Source: Candidatus Thorarchaeota archaeon (lineage in GTDB: Archaea; Asgardarchaeota; Thorarchaeia; Thorarchaeales; Thorarchaeaceae). From it: a stretch of 64,000 nt of DNA. The DNA is taken from the NCBI GenBank assembly GCA_029855935.1, contig JAGSHN010000012.1, positions 1 through 64,000 of the forward strand, given 5' to 3'. The position numbers were made by a program, and so were the translations under genes. Of this stretch, positions 1-9,893 are shown in pieces; position 1 is the stretch's first letter, and each line of letters begins with the position of its first letter. The notes beneath the pieces were generated by a model that made no database searches, had not been told where the DNA came from, and was given only the letters and a program-made list of their open reading frames with translations.

Positions 1-8
1 AGGAGGAA

Positions 9-85
9 TGGTGGACCGGGCGAGATTTGAACTCGCGACCTCCTCCATGCCAAGGAGGCATTCTACCAGGCTAAACTACCGGCCC
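9..85 (-). tRNA. tRNA-Ala(GGC), CCA encoded, no intron
   Basis: Reverse complement folds as a cloverleaf: acceptor GGGCCGG/CCGGTCC with G3:U70 Ala identity pair, anticodon arm CCTCC-TTGGCAT-GGAGG, T-arm GCGAG-TTCAAAT-CTCGC, 3' ACCA. Confidence 0.97.
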
Positions 86-100
86 ACGAGTTCCGAGTAA

Positions 101-286
101 CTACCTTATCCTCACGCCGTTTATCTTTTTGCTTGCCCACTTATATCTTCGGAGTCGACTGGAGGCACCATAGCCGCAGGCGGCACACCTCTTGCGCCTC
201 ACGTGGTATGACCTTCTGCCGCATCGCCTGCATCTAATGTGATGTGGGTTGTTCTTTTTTCCTCTTGCTGGGGTGCCTTTTCCCAC
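101..286 (-). CDS. rpl37e: 50S ribosomal protein L37e
   Basis: MGKGT..GK.N...[13 protein letters not shown]...CAACGYG zinc-ribbon signature; follows Lsm gene as in many archaea. Confidence 0.96.
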   Translation of the reverse strand: MGKGTPARGKKNNPHHIRCRRCGRRSYHVRRKRCAACGYGASSRLRRYKWASKKINGVRIR

Positions 287-558
287 TACGACTCCTCCTT
301 GTTGCTACTCTTCGGGGGCGGCGAAACTATCACCACATTGTCGCCTCGGACGATCACGGTGTTTATCTGCTCCACCGTTTCCTCCCCTGTTTCGGCGTTG
401 AGCTCAATCTCGTCCGCGTCCTCAAGGATGAGGTTCAGATGTTGGTCATAGCCCCTGAGTCGACCTCGGAGTTTTCTTCGACCCTTGAGTTCGACCAGCA
501 CCTGTGAGCCAATTGACTTCTGAAGCAGCTCCATAGGCTTGCCTCTATTCACGAACAT
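286..558 (-). CDS. Sm-like archaeal protein (SmAP/Lsm)
   Basis: Sm1 motif (VELKG...[17 protein letters not shown]) and Sm2 motif ([13 protein letters not shown]). Confidence 0.95.
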   Translation of the reverse strand: MFVNRGKPMELLQKSIGSQVLVELKGRRKLRGRLRGYDQHLNLILEDADEIELNAETGEETVEQINTVIVRGDNVVIVSPPPKSSNKEES

Positions 559-702
559 TCACCAACATCAAGAACTCCTCGTGAGGACACGGCTCACGAT
601 GCTCGCGCTATCGTCTTGGCATCGCTTAAAAACGTGACGATGAGGTGTACCGGAGAGGGTCACGTCGGAGCCTTCAAAAGGAACGCGGCGACGGGACATA
701 CA

Positions 703-1206
703 ATGCCACGAATCGAGCGAGTCCGAAACCGTCATCTTCTCAAGAAGAAGCAACAGAGGAAGGAACTGCATCGGATTGAGGAGTTTCTTGGATGTCCGGT
801 TGCTCTCCCAGAGGATGCCAGAATGGAGGGCGGGCGCCTCGACGATGGCTCCCAGGTATTGCTTCTTGACGGTGTCATCCTGTTCTTCGAGTCTGACGGG
901 AGAATGTTCCCAACTCTGCACGCCCTCCTTGCCAACTACGTTTCACTTCCACGTGTGACAGTTGACATGGGTGCAGTCAAGTTTGTGGCCAACGGAGCAG
1001 ACATCATGCGACCGGGTGTGACATCAGTAGAGGACACTGTTGTCAAGGACAGTGTGGTTGCAGTAGTGGACGAGCGTCACGGAAAGCCTCTTGCGGTTGG
1101 AGTGTCACTGTACGATGCCAGCGAGATGCGTCAATTGAAGAGTGGTAAGGTAGTCATCTCCAAGCATCACATAGGCGACCCATTCTGGGAGTTTGGCAGA
1201 GGCTGA
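703..1206 (+). CDS. PUA-domain RNA-binding protein (MCT-1/Tma20-like, DUF1947+PUA)
   Basis: FPTL..L, VTVDMGAVKFVANGADIMRPGV and GKPLAVG...HHIGD motifs; start moved to ATG at 703. Confidence 0.9.
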   Translation: MPRIERVRNRHLLKKKQQRKELHRIEEFLGCPVALPEDARMEGGRLDDGSQVLLLDGVILFFESDGRMFPTLHALLANYVSLPRVTVDMGAVKFVANGADIMRPGVTSVEDTVVKDSVVAVVDERHGKPLAVGVSLYDASEMRQLKSGKVVISKHHIGDPFWEFGRG

Positions 1207-1222
1207 ACGATACTCACTGGTA

Positions 1223-3952
1223 TCACTGTTGCTCTCTTGTTCTCTTCGCTCGTACATGAGCCTGTGCCGCGGTATAGATCATCTTTGCACGTTCAGGGTC
1301 TAGGCCGCAGTTCTTGACAAATCGCACTCTGGCAGGTCTCCTCCTAGACGGGTCCACATCTCGCATCACAATCTCTTCTATGGACTGGTACCCTCGGTCA
1401 TACAGTACCCGAATCTCTTCTCTCGACAGTTTCTGCTCTCTGATGGCTGCATCTGGAATGACTAAGTCTACAAGGTCCGAGGCGGCGGTGTCTTCACGCA
1501 GCCCAAATCTCAACTGCCTGCTGAAGAGGTAGAGCCGTGACGCCAGCCTCCTGTTCGAGCACCGCTCTGCGAATCCGGCAAGACTCATTGCGATGTCTGC
1601 CGACCATCCCATCATTGTCATCATATCGCCCTCATCAATGTCGGCCCAGCGAGTGGCACGAGGATTGATCTCCGCGCCTCTTCGAATCGCCTCTGATATG
1701 ATGTCCGCCACATTCTCCTCCGAGATCCAACCTCTGAATACCTCTCTCTTGACCACATTTCGAATCCTCACTCTCTCGACATAGCCCTCTCTTGGGGGTG
1801 GCAGGCCGGTCAGCCGAAGCTCGATGTCAGATGGAATCTCGGTGCGGGGACGCGTTGCCCTCACCAGCCTGAACTGGAGCACCGCATCTATCAGGCTCTC
1901 GATGTCAGGCTCCTTGTCATTCCATCTGTTGATGATATCACCGACTCTACCCAAGTCTATCAGATTGATACTCATCTCTATTGCCGCTTTGGCTGGTGTT
2001 TCAAGTGACATCATCCGACGGTGTCTCCTCAGGAATCCCCTGTCGTGCATCCAGCCGATGAGGTCGCGTACCTGCCGTTCTATCCTCTTGAAACAGTCCT
2101 CCTCAATCAGACCTCTCAATGTGTCCGCAACGAGTTCCTTCACCTCCGCGACAATGTCCTCCACACCAAATGGCTCTCTCGCAATCATAGCGCGTGCAAC
2201 AATACCGCTGAGGAGATGCGGGTCTAGCGGGCCTGGCCTCAGTGGCTGCAGTGGACCGTGGAGGAGACGTGATGCAATGCTGTCTGGCCTGTTCCGGCCC
2301 TTTCCTCCTGAGGGGAGAGCGAGATACACCCGCCCCCCTTTGTTTGCGAGATGATATTCTCCGATACGTCCTGCAATCTGCAGATATCTGGATCTATCAA
2401 TGCGGCTTAGGAGGGCCCTGTCAAAGATTATCACCACTGCGTCGAAAGGAAAGCTCGCCCCCATCGTTATTCCCGTTGTGGCCACGATACACCGCAGGTT
2501 TCCGAGTCTCAGCTCCCTCTCAAGTCTTCCACGAACGCTTGCCGGGAGTCCTGTGTGGTGAAAGGCCACACCCCCTCGGAGAGTCTCCAGAAGACGTCGT
2601 GTGGCCGGAAACTCCTCCTCGCCATCGACAATCCTGTCAATCACCTCCCTGTCGATAGATCGAGGATACTCTCTTGCAAGTCGACCCGCGTAGTGTTCGG
2701 CCGCCTCTCGAGTGCCTGTCACGAACAGAATCGCCTTTTTCTGATAGTCTGACATGTGTCTGTGGACGGCGTCGACGCGGCTTGTAATCTTGGAGAGATG
2801 GAGCGTATGTGATCCGTCAGCGCTGGCTATTGTCACCCCATTCTCGTGGGATGTCACAATGAACTCGTCTGGCAGCATCCTCACGCTTGGTCTGTAGACT
2901 CCCGCTGACAGCCAGGAGGCAATCGTGTCCGTGTCGCCGAACCTTGATGAGAGTGTCACAATCCGAGACTGATTCTTTAGCGTGGCTATGAGAAGGTCGA
3001 GTCTACAGCTGCGATCGTTTCCCAAGCTCTCCGCTGAGGGCTCATCCGAGGCGCCGAGTTCTGTCAGTTCGTCTACGATGACAAGTTCGATGTTCTCAGT
3101 CCACTTCTTGCGCCCCATCACAGCCATCAGCACGGACTCAAGAATTCCAACGATGAAGTCTGCATTCTCGAGCTCCTCCTCTGTGGCATCGGATAGAGCA
3201 TCATAGCGTGCCACAGAGTACCCGAGCTCTCTCAACAGCCCGCCGTACTCGTCCATCATCTGGCGGCTGAGTGAGGTGTAGGGCGTGAGATACAGGCATC
3301 TCTTTCCTCTCTTGAGCTGGGACAGCGCGATTACCATTGCAAGAAATGTCTTTCCCGAACCAGGCGGCATCTGTATGATCAGGTTTCTCTGCAGCTCGGG
3401 CTGCTCCATCAGGAACCTTGCCTGTGCGGGGAAGAGTGTGACAAAGTTCTTGTGGCGCAACAAGACTCGAGCGGCCCTAGTGAGCTCGGTATCGGGCTCA
3501 ACGAGCCCCTCCATTGACTGGAGAGCGTTGAGGGCCAACCGCCCCTCGTGAGTGATCATATACCTCCTGTTCTTCTTTCCTCGCTCCCCGCTTGCTCTCA
3601 CAAGCCCGATTCGCACAAGCTTCTCCATGGTGTCATACAGCGTTCCCCCTGTGGCCACCTTCTTGCGCTGATCCTCGTACTCTTTCATCTCTTGAGTGCG
3701 TTCGCCATCCACCGTTGGTCTCGGTCGTCTGTGGCCCATCAGCTCCAGTATACCGTCGACTATGTCCTCCCATGACATACTCCTTATCAGACCGCCCGGC
3801 CTTGGACTGAGCACTCTCAGGATGTCAACTGCGTAGCGACTGCTGAGAGCCTTGAGGCGTCCTCTCAGATCCTCCGACTCGGTGACTCTCTCTTCACTGG
3901 ACAACTCTCTCTCGTTCTCTCCGAGCACTTCTAGCATATAGATGATTGCCAT
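1223..3952 (-). CDS. Ski2/Hel308-like SF2 helicase with N-terminal winged-helix domain
   Basis: Q motif LFPAQ, Walker A PPGSGKT, motif II DELT, GVAFHHTGL, motif VI QIAGRIG, C-terminal HhH-like LYDRGY; first ~150 aa resemble an ArsR/PadR-type wHTH. Confidence 0.85.
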   Translation of the reverse strand: MAIIYMLEVLGENERELSSEERVTESEDLRGRLKALSSRYAVDILRVLSPRPGGLIRSMSWEDIVDGILELMGHRRPRPTVDGERTQEMKEYEDQRKKVATGGTLYDTMEKLVRIGLVRASGERGKKNRRYMITHEGRLALNALQSMEGLVEPDTELTRAARVLLRHKNFVTLFPAQARFLMEQPELQRNLIIQMPPGSGKTFLAMVIALSQLKRGKRCLYLTPYTSLSRQMMDEYGGLLRELGYSVARYDALSDATEEELENADFIVGILESVLMAVMGRKKWTENIELVIVDELTELGASDEPSAESLGNDRSCRLDLLIATLKNQSRIVTLSSRFGDTDTIASWLSAGVYRPSVRMLPDEFIVTSHENGVTIASADGSHTLHLSKITSRVDAVHRHMSDYQKKAILFVTGTREAAEHYAGRLAREYPRSIDREVIDRIVDGEEEFPATRRLLETLRGGVAFHHTGLPASVRGRLERELRLGNLRCIVATTGITMGASFPFDAVVIIFDRALLSRIDRSRYLQIAGRIGEYHLANKGGRVYLALPSGGKGRNRPDSIASRLLHGPLQPLRPGPLDPHLLSGIVARAMIAREPFGVEDIVAEVKELVADTLRGLIEEDCFKRIERQVRDLIGWMHDRGFLRRHRRMMSLETPAKAAIEMSINLIDLGRVGDIINRWNDKEPDIESLIDAVLQFRLVRATRPRTEIPSDIELRLTGLPPPREGYVERVRIRNVVKREVFRGWISEENVADIISEAIRRGAEINPRATRWADIDEGDMMTMMGWSADIAMSLAGFAERCSNRRLASRLYLFSRQLRFGLREDTAASDLVDLVIPDAAIREQKLSREEIRVLYDRGYQSIEEIVMRDVDPSRRRPARVRFVKNCGLDPERAKMIYTAAQAHVRAKRTREQQ

Positions 3953-4007
3953 CTGTCAGTCCTGCGATGGGACAGACTCATAATGTCGACTGTCCTCAGA
4001 GTCCTGT

Positions 4008-5102
4008 ATGGTGTTTCTAAGAACGGAGCTGTGTGACATACTCGGCATAAGATACCCCATCCTCCAGGGCGGGATGGGCCCCTACAAGACCGAGGAACTG
4101 GCCATTGCAGTGGCAAGGGCAGGCGCACTGGGTGTGATCAGCAGTATTGGGATGGCTGCATCAATGCTTCCGGAGTCTGCCCCAATTGATCCGGTACGAC
4201 TCTTTGGCACTGACACTCCCCAAAATCTGCTCCGGAAGTCGATTGAGCGTGTCGCACAAGAGGTCAAGCCGCACAATGGTGTCTTTGGTGTGAACGTACC
4301 AGTTGCCTCAGAGTTTCTTCCCGCCTCTGAGATGTTCGTCCGACAGGTGATAGCCTCACGCGAGAGCGACTCTGACATCGAGAGGCATCTGCGGGTATTG
4401 ATCACATCCGCTGGCAACCCCCGCCCGTGGTCGGTCGTCAAGAAACATGGCCTGATCTGGATTCACGTCGTACCCTCTGTATATCACGCCAAGAAGGCCG
4501 AGCAGGCTGGTGCTGACATCATAGTAGCATCGGGCCACGAGGGGGGTGCACACGTTTCTTGGGACCCTGTACACTCTATGGTTCTCGTGCCTGCGGTCGT
4601 AAGCGCGGTGGCGCGCCCAGTTGTTGCCGCTGGTGGCTTCTGTGATGGGGCCAGTCTTGCAGCTGCACTCTGTCTAGGGGCTGTAGGTATCCAGATGGGC
4701 ACTAGGTTCATTGCTACAAAGGAGAGCGACTTCGAACAGATATGGAAGGAGACAATAGTCAAGCACGATGAGCGTGGTACATTGGTGGGACGCGGAATAC
4801 TTGGTCCTATGCGGTTCCTGCGCAATGCCCGTGCCGAGGCGATCGTCCGGCAGACCCTCTCGGATGTTCCCGCGTTCTATCTTGGCGAACCTGTCGCGTC
4901 AAACTCCAAGATACTTGGCCTTGAACGGGAGGGATTCGATGCTCTTCTCGACGGGGACCACGACAATGCACTGATGTTCGGCGGAGAGTGTTCCGGTCGG
5001 ATTAGCACATTGCCCACCGTCAATGACCTGATACAGTCCATAGTTCGAGAGGCTGCAGAGACAATCAGGCGGGTTCAAAAGGTGGTGCTCGATGCCGGGT
5101 AG
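4008..5102 (+). CDS. Nitronate monooxygenase / FabK-family flavoprotein
   Basis: LGIRYPILQGGMG, SGHEGGAH, PVVAAGG, GIQMGTRF motifs. Confidence 0.9.
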   Translation: MVFLRTELCDILGIRYPILQGGMGPYKTEELAIAVARAGALGVISSIGMAASMLPESAPIDPVRLFGTDTPQNLLRKSIERVAQEVKPHNGVFGVNVPVASEFLPASEMFVRQVIASRESDSDIERHLRVLITSAGNPRPWSVVKKHGLIWIHVVPSVYHAKKAEQAGADIIVASGHEGGAHVSWDPVHSMVLVPAVVSAVARPVVAAGGFCDGASLAAALCLGAVGIQMGTRFIATKESDFEQIWKETIVKHDERGTLVGRGILGPMRFLRNARAEAIVRQTLSDVPAFYLGEPVASNSKILGLEREGFDALLDGDHDNALMFGGECSGRISTLPTVNDLIQSIVREAAETIRRVQKVVLDAG

Positions 5103-5209
5103 TCCGCCCATCATCAGGCTGTGTTCGTCCCTCATTCCGCAGTAGTATTACTCGGTCTTTTCTTCTCATCAATGTGAGGAGTATCCGATAGACCAGCAGG
5201 TGAACTACA

Positions 5210-5608
5210 TTGCGACTGTTCGGACGCAAGAGCAGCAATCAATCCTCATCTTCTGATCAAACTGCAATCACTCCTGAGAAGGTTCTCGGGGTATTCTCTC
5301 CGGCTGTCGATGCTCTGCAGCCTGACCCCACAAGGGAGTGCAGGCGGCTGGCAGAGCTGGAACAGATATTCATCCGGTCACGAGTGTTGGAGTCTCTGAA
5401 TGATGTCCCCTTTGTGGTCAGAGAGATCCAGAAGGGCAACATCGTTCTTCTTGACATAACCAAACTGAATGATGGGCGAGAGCAGTCGTACTTGGAACTG
5501 AAGCGGATAGTGGAGAGAATCAGAGGCGAAACGCTGAGTTATGGGGCTGACATCGCACTAGTTAATGATGGATGCCTGATTGTCACGCCGTCGTTCGTGA
5601 AGATGTAG
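5210..5608 (+). CDS. sepF: Cell division protein SepF (archaeal type)
   Basis: C-terminal core: L.SLNDVP.V.REI.KGNIVLLDI...LKRIVE.I......GADIALV....LIVTP. Confidence 0.85.
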   Translation: MRLFGRKSSNQSSSSDQTAITPEKVLGVFSPAVDALQPDPTRECRRLAELEQIFIRSRVLESLNDVPFVVREIQKGNIVLLDITKLNDGREQSYLELKRIVERIRGETLSYGADIALVNDGCLIVTPSFVKM

Positions 5609-5613
5609 TGACC

Positions 5614-7521
5614 TCACTTCAATTTGATTGACTCGGTCACCATCAGGGCCTTTGTGTCAACGTTCAGTGCCTTATGAATCGTCGAGGCAAGGTTCACGCA
5701 CTTCGTCGCCTCTCCATGGCAGGTCAGGATTCTCTCAGGGACGGGACTGACTCGCTTAATGTAGTTGAGAATCTGCTTTCGATCCGAGTGACCGGAGAAG
5801 CCCTCCACGGTTTCAATCTGCATATTCACCGGTATGACGGTCATCTGGCCATCGCGATTCATCATCTGGACCTCTTTCCAGCCTCTCTGAATCCTCCTGC
5901 CCAGCGTCCCCTCACCCTGATAGCTCACAAAGATGAGACCATTCTTCGGGTCAGGCGCCATCATCTTGAAGTACTCAACGCTCGGTCCGCCGGCAAGCAT
6001 GCCAGATGTTGCCATGATGATGCACGGGTCGCCGTTGACTATCTCCTCTCTCTGTTCTGGGCTGTCGACCTGGACGAATATGTCGCTCAGGAAGGGGTTG
6101 ACGCCCTGATGGAATATCATCTCGCGAATCTTCTTGCTCAATGCCTCTGGATGCGTCGTGTGGATGGCTGTTGCCTGCGCAATCATTCCCTCTATGTAGA
6201 CCGGGACCCGTGGGATTCTCTTCTTGGAAACCAGGTCCTCGATTACCAGCATGATCTCTTGGGCCCTTCCGACAGCCAGTACTGGGACAAGGACCTTGCC
6301 ACCCCGCTCCAGTATCTTCTTGACAATGGATGCGAACTTCTTCTCCACCTCTTGGCGCGGTGGCATCTTGTCTGTTGGATGACCGTAGGTGCTCTCAATG
6401 ATCAGCGTTTCAAGACGTGGGAAGGTGAACGTGGCCGGCTCGAGGAGCCTTGTCCTTCCAAACTTGAAGTCCCCAGTGTACGCGATGTTGTACTGTCCGT
6501 CACCTATGTGGAGATGGATGATTGCAGAACCAAGAATATGACCGGCGTTGTGAAGTGTTAGTCTTACGTCAGGTGCGATGTCTGTGACCTCTCCGTAGCC
6601 GAGTGTGATGGTGTGCAGGATTGCCTCTTTCACATCTCTCTCACGATAGGGTCGCAACTTGCCCTCACGCTCGGCCACATCGAGATAGTCCAATTGCAGC
6701 AGGGTCGACAGGTTCAGTGTCGGTGCCGTCATATAGACCGGACCACGATAACCGTACTTGAACAGAAATGGGACGAGCCCCGAGTGATCAAGATGCGCAT
6801 GACTTACGACAACGGCATCAAGATTGTCTATGTTGAACTCCGGCATGTCTAGACGGGGAAATGCTCTTGTGGGCGTGCCAACGTTGACGCCGCAGTCCAA
6901 CAGGATATTGCTCTCTGATGTCTGAACAAAGATTGCCTGTCTCCCCACCTCTCTGAAGCCGCCTAGGGCAGTCATCCGAATCCATCCGTTCGAGAGTATG
7001 GGCCTCCTGTGAATTCTCCTTCCTATCTCTCTGAAGACCCGGTTACGGGTTTCCGCCTCGCTCTGAATGATGTATCTAATCTGCTTGATGAGCTTGCTCT
7101 CAATCGGAGGGGTCCTCTGGACATTCGGTCTCCAGAAGGTCTGACGCGTTATCTCTCTCAGTGTTGCACCGTTCCTACCAATGACCAGACCTGGTTTCTG
7201 CGCCTCAATTATCACCTCGCCTCTGGAGGTGTCAAAGTCGATTGATGTTATCTCGGCCTCGGGCGGCACGAGCTCCCTTACTGTCTTCTCCGCCTCCTCA
7301 AAGGGCAGTCGTACCTCTGGCGCGGAGCGTACGACGATACGCTTACGCATCTTGCGAGCGAGTGCCTTTATCTTGTCGCCATCGTCAAGGAGAATCTTAG
7401 GTGCTTTCGAATATATCGCAATCTCTGGTCCCTCATACTCCACCGAGCTGATCTCGGCGGACTTTGGGAGCGCTCTAAGCACGGCCTCTCTGATGTCCTC
7501 GTATTCCGCGTCAGAATTCAT
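5614..7521 (-). CDS. fttA: Beta-CASP ribonuclease aCPSF1 (transcription termination factor FttA)
   Basis: Two N-terminal KH domains (VEYEGPE, KPGLVIG), MBL motif HAHLDH, AGHILGS, FSGHSD; adjacent to psmB. Confidence 0.96.
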   Translation of the reverse strand: MNSDAEYEDIREAVLRALPKSAEISSVEYEGPEIAIYSKAPKILLDDGDKIKALARKMRKRIVVRSAPEVRLPFEEAEKTVRELVPPEAEITSIDFDTSRGEVIIEAQKPGLVIGRNGATLREITRQTFWRPNVQRTPPIESKLIKQIRYIIQSEAETRNRVFREIGRRIHRRPILSNGWIRMTALGGFREVGRQAIFVQTSESNILLDCGVNVGTPTRAFPRLDMPEFNIDNLDAVVVSHAHLDHSGLVPFLFKYGYRGPVYMTAPTLNLSTLLQLDYLDVAEREGKLRPYRERDVKEAILHTITLGYGEVTDIAPDVRLTLHNAGHILGSAIIHLHIGDGQYNIAYTGDFKFGRTRLLEPATFTFPRLETLIIESTYGHPTDKMPPRQEVEKKFASIVKKILERGGKVLVPVLAVGRAQEIMLVIEDLVSKKRIPRVPVYIEGMIAQATAIHTTHPEALSKKIREMIFHQGVNPFLSDIFVQVDSPEQREEIVNGDPCIIMATSGMLAGGPSVEYFKMMAPDPKNGLIFVSYQGEGTLGRRIQRGWKEVQMMNRDGQMTVIPVNMQIETVEGFSGHSDRKQILNYIKRVSPVPERILTCHGEATKCVNLASTIHKALNVDTKALMVTESIKLK

Positions 7522-7642
7522 TCAATATCACTTCTCTCTCCAAAGCAGGTAGCTTGATGTCAACCTCCATCATCCGGCCAAGGTGTGTCAACTTCCGCAT
7601 GCCCAGTCCGAGCCGGTGATGCGCATGTAGACTGAGGACCCA

Positions 7643-8278
7643 CTATCCCTTCCAAATCTTCACAATGGTGTCCTTGTCGATTGCTCGGTAACCATCCTTG
7701 TCAATGACGCTGACAAGAATGGAGTTGCCAGTCGCTGCGTCGCGTTCGATGGCCGCAGCAATTGCCCGTATTGCCAACTCGACTGCCTTGTCCTCGGGCA
7801 GATCTTCCTTGTACTCCGCCTCAAGGACGCCCAGCGCAACGGGCGAGCCTGACCCGGTCGCTGTATACTTGTCTGGCAGGACCGAGCCTATCAGGTCCGT
7901 GTAGTAGACCTGTGGGCCGAGGTCGTCAAATCCTCCGACAAGACACTGCAGTAGATACATCCCTCTCGCTGAGAATAGGATGTTACTCAGGAGTCGCGTG
8001 AGCGCCTTGACCCTCATTGGCCTGCCTCTCTGAATCTCGAACAGTTTTGCCTCAGCTCTCAAGAGTTCCATTATGGCCTGAGCGTCGGCAACGGAGCCCG
8101 CGATTGTGGCACCTATTCTATCGGTGATCTTGTAGATCTTCTGGGCGGTCTTGTTGGCAATGAGGTATCCCATTGTCGCCCGCTGATCGCTGGCCAAGAC
8201 CACACAGTCCTTGGCAATGAGCCCGACCGTGGTGGTCCCAGTCTTCAATTCAGATGGCGTCTGTGTTGCATGTTCCAT
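7643..8278 (-). CDS. psmB: Proteasome beta subunit
   Basis: Propeptide then KTG/TTTVG, ASDQRAT, AGSVAD, TGSGS motifs. Confidence 0.97.
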   Translation of the reverse strand: MEHATQTPSELKTGTTTVGLIAKDCVVLASDQRATMGYLIANKTAQKIYKITDRIGATIAGSVADAQAIMELLRAEAKLFEIQRGRPMRVKALTRLLSNILFSARGMYLLQCLVGGFDDLGPQVYYTDLIGSVLPDKYTATGSGSPVALGVLEAEYKEDLPEDKAVELAIRAIAAAIERDAATGNSILVSVIDKDGYRAIDKDTIVKIWKG

Positions 8279-8413
8279 GTCGAATGACTCCCGTCTATTG
8301 AGCAGTGCCTAGGAGAACTAGTTGACGTTATCGTTGCCCCGCCTTCTGTATTAAAAGATTTCTGAGTGGTCGCTCACGAAGAAACTGGAGACCACATTGG
8401 TGACGGGGGAAGA

Positions 8414-9232
8414 CTACTCACCCTCCTCGCTCTCCTCTGTCGTTTCCTTGGGGACTCTGCGTTCGAACTTTGTTACAATCTTGACTTCCTTTACATCGTC
8501 CATCAGTTTGATGATGTCAGAGGCGATTCCAATCTCTGCGTATTGAATCCCCTCGATGTACCTCGATACCTCTGGTAGCTCTATCGTGACAGCACCCTTG
8601 GTCTTGGAGACCGACAACATTCCCTCGGGGATTGCGGGTATTCTCCTCTTCACAATGGCAATTATCTTGTCCTTTGTGCCCGTGACAATACTCCGCACGG
8701 TAACATCAAACACAAGTGTCTTGCCCGCCAGGGGACTGTTGAAGTCAACACGCACCTTGCGCCCTGTGACGTTGGTGATCACGCCCTCGTCGTTGCCCAT
8801 TTTGACTCGTTCGCCCCTTATGGGCTTGACGCCAAGCTTTGCAAGGCGCGTCTTGGGAATCAACTTTATCTTCTTCGGGTCGCGATGGCCTGCTCCCCGC
8901 TCAGGTGGGACCTCGATGGTCTTGGTCTCACCGACCTTCATTCCAATGAGCCCCTCCTCTATCGCCTCAAGCAGCCAGTTGTGCCCCACAGCCACTAGCA
9001 CAGGCTCGTATCTTGCATTCTCTCTGTAGATGCCCTCCTGCCTTGCGACATCCTCCAATGTGAGGTCGAAGATCTCGTTATCATCTTTAGTCCGGGCGAC
9101 ATAGTCCACATAGACAAGTGAATCCTTCTTGACGACTGACGGCTTCTGTCGTGACGTCTCGCTCTTGGCGGTCTTTCGTGTTCCCGCCTTCTTTGTCTTG
9201 GCCTTTGCCTTGGTCTTCTTCTCCTCTGACAT
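8414..9232 (-). CDS. FKBP-type peptidyl-prolyl isomerase, long archaeal SlyD type
   Basis: VYVDY..R, IFDLT, GMKVGETKTIEVPPE, VDFNSPLAGKTLVF; start moved to ATG at 9232. Confidence 0.9.
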   Translation of the reverse strand: MSEEKKTKAKAKTKKAGTRKTAKSETSRQKPSVVKKDSLVYVDYVARTKDDNEIFDLTLEDVARQEGIYRENARYEPVLVAVGHNWLLEAIEEGLIGMKVGETKTIEVPPERGAGHRDPKKIKLIPKTRLAKLGVKPIRGERVKMGNDEGVITNVTGRKVRVDFNSPLAGKTLVFDVTVRSIVTGTKDKIIAIVKRRIPAIPEGMLSVSKTKGAVTIELPEVSRYIEGIQYAEIGIASDIIKLMDDVKEVKIVTKFERRVPKETTEESEEGE

Positions 9233-9302
9233 TCGGACTACCCCTTTCTTGACAACACCGGTCCAGCGGCCCTCGCTCCTGCTGTAATAAAACGGTTTCC
9301 TT

Positions 9303-9893
9303 CTAGTCGCTCGGCACTCCCCTAAGCACATAGAGTTCCTCGAAGAACAGCTTCTCTTTGGCCACCCTCACGACTACGAGCCCCTGTTGCCGCATCTCCC
9401 TCTCCAGTGCGTCAACATCCCCCAGGGAGGATGCCACTACGTACACGGCTCCGTCTCCACTGATGTGTTTCGCAGCCTGTCTGATGAACTTCACTGCTAT
9501 CTCGGTGCCATCATATCCCCCGATGAGGGCGTCATCCAACGACGTGACATCATCGTCACGTGGGAGATATGGCGGGTTAAATGCTATGACATCGAACCTT
9601 GCATCTCTGCGAACCCCTGATAGGAGATCCGACTGGAACACGGCAATTCTCTGATACACACCATTCAGCCTTGCATTGTCAATCGTGTTTTTCACGGCGG
9701 TCGGTGATATGTCTGCAGCGTAGACTCTCTTCGCCGTCGTTGCTGCAGTAATTGCGACGTATCCGCTACCACAGCCTACCTCGAACACAGTGTCATCCTC
9801 AGTGATATGCAGGGCATCGACGAGCAGAAATGTGTCCTCCGAAGGGGGATAGACTGAGGGGTCTGTGCGTATTCTTATGTTCAGGGCCCTCAA
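9303..9893 (-). CDS. HemK2/Mtq2-related methyltransferase
   Basis: VYPPSEDTFLL, EVGCGSG, FNPPYLP, LFFEEL motifs. Confidence 0.92.
   Translation of the reverse strand: MRALNIRIRTDPSVYPPSEDTFLLVDALHITEDDTVFEVGCGSGYVAITAATTAKRVYAADISPTAVKNTIDNARLNGVYQRIAVFQSDLLSGVRRDARFDVIAFNPPYLPRDDDVTSLDDALIGGYDGTEIAVKFIRQAAKHISGDGAVYVVASSLGDVDALEREMRQQGLVVVRVAKEKLFFEELYVLRGVPSD

Noticed and set aside
5210-5608. sepF without neighbouring ftsZ
   Set aside because: Archaeal sepF need not be adjacent to ftsZ; not informative from one window.
5674-6561. 295-aa + strand ORF, and similar long antisense ORFs (12374-13129, 15181-16029, 16850-17569, 42338-43033)
   Set aside because: They lie antisense to well-conserved genes and have no motifs; typical shadow ORFs of GC-rich coding DNA.
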